Positions 58,905 through 64,000 of a DNA stretch of 64,000 nucleotides are shown piece by piece; positions within the stretch are counted from its first letter, which is position 1, and each line of letters opens with the position of its first letter. The notes beneath the pieces are model-generated. The model searched no databases. It saw nothing but the letters and a program-made list of their open reading frames with translations, and was not told the DNA's origin. The position numbers and the translations under genes are program-made. The stretch lies in NCBI GenBank assembly GCA_963662465.1, contig OY759599.1:2304001-2368000 (forward strand), given 5' to 3'. The stretch comes from Desulfatiglandales bacterium. Lineage in GTDB: Bacteria > Desulfobacterota > DSM-4660 > Desulfatiglandales > Desulfatiglandaceae.

Positions 58905-59381
58905 ATGATTAAAATGAATAAAATTATGGTAATTTGTATGGCTCTTCTGGCATTCTTTTTAACAGAAACTTTTTGCCTCGCTGATTCCAAAGAAAACGGT
59001 TCCACCGGAGGCTATGTTGCATATAATAACGGTATTGTAAAAGACAACAATACCGGCCTCGAATGGCGGGTAGGCCCTGACAAAGACACTACCTGGGAGG
59101 AAGCCAAGTCATGGGTGGAAAGCCTGAATGCTTCAGAAGGCTGGCGTTTACCAAAAATAGTAGAAGTTGAGGGGCTTTACAAAGAGGGGTTGGGAGAGCG
59201 AAATATGACGCCACTTTTGAAGATGAACGGTTGGTGGGTATGGTCAAAGGATTTCAAGAAATCTTCAGAATATAACCTTGCTTGGAACTTCAGCTTCTTT
59301 TTTGGGAATGGACGCTGGAATTGCCCCAGAGAAGCTGCTGATCGCAGAGCCTTTGCGGTTCGTTCTGCACGAAACCAATAA
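58905..59381 (+). CDS. Exported DUF1566 (Lcl C-terminal domain) protein, cassette gene
   Basis: Signal peptide; VKDNNTGLEW, TWEEAKSW, GWRLP..E, WVWS, AFAVR; AAGGAG RBS. Confidence 0.85.
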   Translation: MIKMNKIMVICMALLAFFLTETFCLADSKENGSTGGYVAYNNGIVKDNNTGLEWRVGPDKDTTWEEAKSWVESLNASEGWRLPKIVEVEGLYKEGLGERNMTPLLKMNGWWVWSKDFKKSSEYNLAWNFSFFFGNGRWNCPREAADRRAFAVRSARNQ

Positions 59382-59429
59382 TTTTAAGACATCCAGCAGA
59401 AATCAATCCAAAGACAGGGATCTGAATCC

Positions 59430-59753
59430 ATGAAGAAATGGACAGTTCAGGATCGGTACGAGAATTCTATCTACTTCACCGAAGAACGCTGGCAGCACAT
59501 CCTTGAATCAAGGCCTGAATTGGAACCATTTTTTGAGCAATTTTTGGAGACCATTCGCACAGGACGTAGGAAGCAGGATACACTATTGCTTAATGAGTAT
59601 AGGTACTTCAAGCAGTTTGATGAATTAGAGCCAGACAATAACCATCTGGTAGTTATCGTTATTTTCAAGACGAATCTTGACGAACATGGCAAATATACCC
59701 CTAACAATTTTGTAGTTACCGGGTGGGCGAAATACATTCAACCCAAAAGGTGA
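59430..59753 (+). CDS. Putative RelE/BECR-fold toxin (DUF4258-like)
   Basis: IYFTEERWQHI...PEL and FVVTGW motifs; immediately upstream of a DUF2283 gene. Confidence 0.6.
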   Translation: MKKWTVQDRYENSIYFTEERWQHILESRPELEPFFEQFLETIRTGRRKQDTLLLNEYRYFKQFDELEPDNNHLVVIVIFKTNLDEHGKYTPNNFVVTGWAKYIQPKR

Positions 59754-59757
59754 ATCT

Positions 59758-60174
59758 ATGGACAAAACATCGTTTTTGAATACAGAGGTGAAAGCTGCAG
59801 ATGGGACGCATGTTCGTATGGTCTACGACCAAGAGGCTGATATCCTGGAAATCTTTTTCGGACAGAATGAGGCGGGAACAGGAGTGGAATTAACAGAACA
59901 TATCCTCTTGCGCGTTAATTTACAGACGCGCCGACCGATCAGTGTGACGGTACTTCATTTTTCTATCTTGTCTGAACATACGGAATATGGTCCTCGCAGC
60001 TTTGCCCTAGATAGACTAAATGAGCTTCCAGAAGCCTTACGGGATTTAGTGCTGCATGTTCTAAATTCTATGCCGGTACGGCAGTTCCTGAAAACCACAC
60101 ATTACCAGGCATCACCCACAGAGCAAATTCCGGTCACTTATGTGGAATCGCAGCCAGCCCTGAATGCAGCCTGA
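59758..60174 (+). CDS. DUF2283-family protein, putative antitoxin
   Basis: VYDQEADILEIFF motif. Confidence 0.7.
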   Translation: MDKTSFLNTEVKAADGTHVRMVYDQEADILEIFFGQNEAGTGVELTEHILLRVNLQTRRPISVTVLHFSILSEHTEYGPRSFALDRLNELPEALRDLVLHVLNSMPVRQFLKTTHYQASPTEQIPVTYVESQPALNAA

Positions 60175-60199
60175 TATTGCGTCAATTCGTGAAGGGACC

Positions 60200-60284
60200 G
60201 CCCAACCAAACGCTTCAGCGGCCCCCTGAAAGTCTGGCGGTTCTGGCGGGGGCCAGTGGAGGGGCCGCTGAGCTTGTCGTTAGC
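60200..60284 (+). other. attC site 2, R' box interrupted by group II intron
   Basis: R'' GCCCAAC (exact complement of GTTGGGC at 58844), L'' GCTTCAGC-GGCCCC, L' GGGGCC-GCTGAGC, R' GTTAGC then intron GTGCG. Confidence 0.85.
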
Positions 60285-62562
60285 GTGCGACGTGATGTCG
60301 CGTAAGTAGCTGTTTTATATATTGATATAAACCATATAACAAAACCCTGTTTTCTGCAACAGGCATTCTACCGGGACATGCGTCCGGAGTAATCCGGGGG
60401 TGTGAAGCTCTCGGGACAATGAAGCCCGCGGAATTTTCCGGAAGAGGGAACCGTGAGGGGACCTCAACTCTGCAAGCATCATGCGGTGAGGGAGCTAGAA
60501 TTGAGCAGTACGGTTAACACATGTGAATCGCTGCAACGTCGTCACGAAAACAAGCCTAAGATGCTGAAAGGCTTGGACCAAAAGGTACGTGGCCAGGAAC
60601 GGAGGCTGCGAACTCCTCCGTCGCAGATGTCGTGCCACCGGCGTAGGGGCGGAACCTAACCTGCTCGGGTACTTACGCGGAACATGGTAAGCCCGTAATC
60701 CTCCCCACGGGGAAAGCGAACCGCAAGGTGAGCCCATGGGGTTGCGGGTAGAGGATGTCAGAAAAAGCGAATGCTCCGTTGTAATGATGGGGATACGGAT
60801 TGATGGTAATCACCGACATGATCCGGCTCGAAAGAGAGCAGACTTCTGACCGGTGTTCCATTGCGAGATAATCTGTAGAATCTTCAAACAGGGGAAAGCA
60901 GCCAGTGAAACGGGCGAATGACGGTGGCCGTTCTGGCGACTGGTGCACCTTTGGACGGAACAAACTGGTGGAAATCCATAAACTGGAAAACCGCCGGGGA
61001 GCATGTTAGAAGACTGCAGGTGCGTATCGCAAAGGCTGTGAAGGAAAAGCGATGGGGAAAAGTCAAGGTGATACAGTGGCTTTTGACTCATTCGTTTTAT
61101 GCCAAGTTGTTGGCTATCAAGCGCGTTACTTCCAACCGGGGTAAACGCACACCGGGAGTGGATAAAGTCATATGGTCCACCCACATTGACAAAATGCAAG
61201 CGGTAAACGACCTGCGCCGAAGAGCCTACCGACCCAAACCGCTGCGCCGAATTTACATACCCAAGAAAAACGGCAAGAAACGCCCATTGGGCATTCCCAC
61301 AATGAAGGACAGAGCCATGCAGGCATTGTACAAATTGGCGCTTGATCCGGTGGCGGAAACCACCGCCGATCCGAACTCTTACGGGTTCAGACCCTATCGG
61401 GGATGTGCGGATGCCATCGGTCAGTGTTTTATTTCTCTGGCCAAGCGCTACTCACCCGTATGGATTCTGGAGGGAGATATAAAGGCCTGTTTTGATGAAA
61501 TCAGCATCATTTTATCCAAAATAAACCAAGGATGCTGCATCGTTTAATTGGATTTCAAGTTTGAGATACCCGTGATATTATGCAAAGTAAACTCAGTGAA
61601 GGTGTTGGAAATCTGGTAGCTTTAGCGGTTTACTTTGCATAATCGGCAACTTGGCATAAGGCGGGATTATCTCTCCAACATTGGCTAAGATGGTCCTGGA
61701 TGGTCTGGAAGCGGCAGCCAAAAGCACCGCCCCGATAAGAATTCAGGGAAATATACGGTCCAAGATAAACGTAATCCGCTACGCTGATGATTTTATCATC
61801 ACCGGGAATTCCAGAGAGATGCTAAATGAGATCAAGCTGGAAATTGAAGCATTTATGGAGCGAAGAGGTCTTTCGCTTTCAGCGGAAAAGACGTTGATCA
61901 CAAGGATAGAAGAAGGATTTGATTTTCTCGGACAAAGTTCACGCAAATACGGAGGAAAACTTTTGATAAAGCCCTCTCGCAAAAACGTGAAAGCCTTTTT
62001 AGGCAATATCCGGAAAACAATCCGAAAGCATGCGGCATCAAGAGCCGACATTCTGATTAAAGTACTCAATCCCAAAATCAGGGGGTGGGCCAATTACCAC
62101 AGGCATGTGGTTTCCGGTAGAACTTTCGGGCTTGTAGATCACCGTATCTACAGCTATATTTGGCAATGGATGAGGAGGAAACATTCGGGCAAGAGTAAGA
62201 GTTGGCTGATGGATAAATACTGGTCAAAAGGATCTCGCCCGTGGTCCTTTTCAGCGGTGATCAAGGACGGCTATGCGAAATCCGCCAGAATTGAACTTGA
62301 GAAGGCTTACGACGTCAAGATAAAACGCCATGTCAAAATTCGAGGGGATGCGAACCCCTTCGATCCGAAATATGAACAATATTTCAGGAAACGATATGCC
62401 CAACGCAGTCAGCAGAAGGCAGACAGGCGTAAAGAGCATAAAACGTCACAACCGGGTAGCCCCGAAAGGGCTTGCCTTTGGAATGCTTGAGCCGTGTGCG
62501 TTTAACGGCGCACGCACGGTTCTTAGCGGGGGGCGCTGGGTAACCGGCGTTCCTACCGTGAG
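60285..62562 (+). mobile_element. Group II intron (IIB, chloroplast-like/CL1-type IEP, no endonuclease domain)
   Basis: 5' GTGCG; domain V GAGCCGTGTGCG...CGCACGCACGGTTC (62489-62522); domain VI hairpin with bulged A near 62555; 3' end uncertain (62562 or 62570). Confidence 0.88.
60918..62490 (+). pseudogene. ltrA: Group II intron reverse transcriptase/maturase, disrupted between RT motifs 3 and 4
   Basis: Fragment 1: WKSINW..VRRLQVRIAKA, TPGVD, RPLGIPT, EGDIKACFD; fragment 2 from 61660: GGIISP, RYADDF, FDFLG, LNPKIRGWANY; about 155 bp of unrelated sequence with stops between them. Confidence 0.88.
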
Positions 62563-62642
62563 AGCTCGACGAGACCAACTGGGGCGGCAGGTGGGCTTTC
62601 GAGCTTTTCAGGAACAACTTCAACGAAAGGGAGGACCTATTT

Positions 62643-64000
62643 ATGGAAAACGTGCATTACTTTAAACGATACATGGTTTTAATCGGGGTTTTTTGTTTGC
62701 TGTTTTCATGCTCTTCAGGCAGTGACACACCGTCTCCTGAACCCAAAACATGGTCTTATGTGAATCTTCATCCGGAAGGTCAATGCTGGTACTCAATGGG
62801 AAGGGCCCTTAACAATGGAAAAATAGGAGGCACGATAGTTTATAAACAGCCCCCTAAAGGTAAATTGCATCATGCAGCCTATTGGTCGTCGATCTCAGCA
62901 GGCAGCTTTCTTGAGTTAGGAGGAGGTTATTACTATAGTACACCCTCAGACATTTTTTCTCTGAATGATGCATGGAAAGTTGGATATTATATTCAATATG
63001 GCGCATTCTGGCCTAATAACACGTATCCCCCCGAAATTGTACCAAATTTTATGAAGGTCAGTTCAATGAGCAATATCATGGGGGTAAGCGGCAACTGGGC
63101 TGTGGGAGATGCCTTTACCGTTTACGATCAGGGTAAGGCGGCATTGTGGCATCTTACTGATGACAATACAGCTGTCGGCCATGATCTTACCCCTGCGGAG
63201 ATAAAGGAGGTGGACCTTGCGACGGCCTGGGCCATGGCCATAGACGGCACAACGGAACAAGATCCGGGGGTCGTTGTAGGCGGAGCCTCCATATCCCGCA
63301 AAAGTATAGCAATTCTTTGGAAAAACATATCTCCGAATGGAGAGGATACTACTTTTGACTATGTCAATCTCCATCCGTCCAACGATTACCAGGCATCCGA
63401 ATGCTGGGCTGTATATGGCAATAAACAGGGCGGATATGTTCAAGAATGGGGGGAGGCCGACGAGGACTCAGGATATCGCGCTGCTTTATGGGGCGAGACA
63501 CCTGAAAGTTTTGAAAATCTGCATCCCGATATAGAGGGTGTCGAAAATTCGAGGATACGAGGGATGGCGGATGGAATTCAGGTCGGAGATATATTCTATG
63601 GTGATGATATAAACCAAGATCCGCCGAGTCATGCCTTTCTGTGGTTTGGCGCTGCAGACGATTATTTTGATCTGCACACTGTTCTTCCATACAATTATTC
63701 TTCCTCTACTGCCTTGGGTGTCGAAAAAATCAATGGTGATATTCATGTCGTCGGATATGCCATTAATGATGACGCCGATGTGGGGGGAAGACAGGAGGCC
63801 ATGGTCTGGATCTATTCGGCTTCAAAACCGGATGTCCTGTCGGGAAGCAACTGGATACAGGCAACCGAATCTGCAGAATTTTCCGCGCGCCAGGATTTTA
63901 CAACCCTGGTCTTTGATGGTAAATTGTGGCTCATTGGCGGATCGTATGGCTGGACGACCTATAGTGATGTCTGGTGTTCAAGTGATGGCGTGACGTGGAC
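62643..64000 (+). CDS. Lipoprotein with beta-propeller-like repeats and Kelch-like C-terminal repeat (3'-truncated by window; absent from ORF track)
   Basis: GGAGG RBS; MENVHYFKRYMVLIGVFCLLFS-C lipobox; recurring A.LW...(N/D)LHP units; FDGKLWLIGG...DVWCSSDGVTW in the same frame at the window end. Confidence 0.8.
   Translation, partial: MENVHYFKRYMVLIGVFCLLFSCSSGSDTPSPEPKTWSYVNLHPEGQCWYSMGRALNNGKIGGTIVYKQPPKGKLHHAAYWSSISAGSFLELGGGYYYSTPSDIFSLNDAWKVGYYIQYGAFWPNNTYPPEIVPNFMKVSSMSNIMGVSGNWAVGDAFTVYDQGKAALWHLTDDNTAVGHDLTPAEIKEVDLATAWAMAIDGTTEQDPGVVVGGASISRKSIAILWKNISPNGEDTTFDYVNLHPSNDYQASECWAVYGNKQGGYVQEWGEADEDSGYRAALWGETPESFENLHPDIEGVENSRIRGMADGIQVGDIFYGDDINQDPPSHAFLWFGAADDYFDLHTVLPYNYSSSTALGVEKINGDIHVVGYAINDDADVGGRQEAMVWIYSASKPDVLSGSNWIQATESAEFSARQDFTTLVFDGKLWLIGGSYGWTTYSDVWCSSDGVTW

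Noticed and set aside
60918..62490. Retron, DGR or defence-associated reverse transcriptase
   Set aside because: GTGCG start, domains V/VI, YADD and maturase (X) domain identify a group II intron; no template/variable repeat pair or msr-msd seen.
63063..63993. Small ORFs listed in the track at the window end
   Set aside because: All overlap the single long lipoprotein frame starting at 62643.
1..64000. CRISPR array, rRNA or tRNA genes
   Set aside because: No regularly spaced 23-47-nt direct repeats, cloverleaf or rRNA-like sequence recognised by eye.

Overview
64-kb chromosomal-looking window from an anaerobic bacterium; the gene content suggests a sulfate-reducing Desulfobacterota member (inference). 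Four blocks: (1) 1-12865, an anaerobic phenylacetate-type catabolic cluster: padH'-padI (phenylglyoxylate oxidoreductase subunits), padBCD (Mo-enzyme phenylacetyl-CoA:acceptor oxidoreductase), FmdE- and MoeA-like accessory genes, a TRAP transporter and a phenylacetate-CoA ligase. (2) 12881-22015, an MCP and a cluster of (hybrid) histidine kinases and a receiver protein. (3) 22258-32905, a co-oriented thiol-redox/oxidative-stress cluster headed by a Ni-CO dehydrogenase (cooS, with a sigma54-type promoter), plus MsrAB, rubredoxins, flavodoxin, thioredoxin, glutaredoxin, FTR, ferritin-like proteins and an Isf-ArsC fusion; then assorted genes (33-57 kb) ending in an RND efflux operon. (4) 57.3-64 kb, an accessory region that the ORF track does not explain: a decayed integron (33-aa intI-like stub cut off by an IS1634-like remnant, candidate attI, two clear attC sites), an ORF-less cassette, a three-gene cassette (DUF1566 protein plus a putative toxin-antitoxin pair), MITEs, and a chloroplast-like (IIB) group II intron inserted in sense orientation in the R' box of an attC site, followed by a lipoprotein cassette gene running off the window. 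No CRISPR array, rRNA or tRNA was recognised. Family assignments come from motif recognition by eye, not from database searches.
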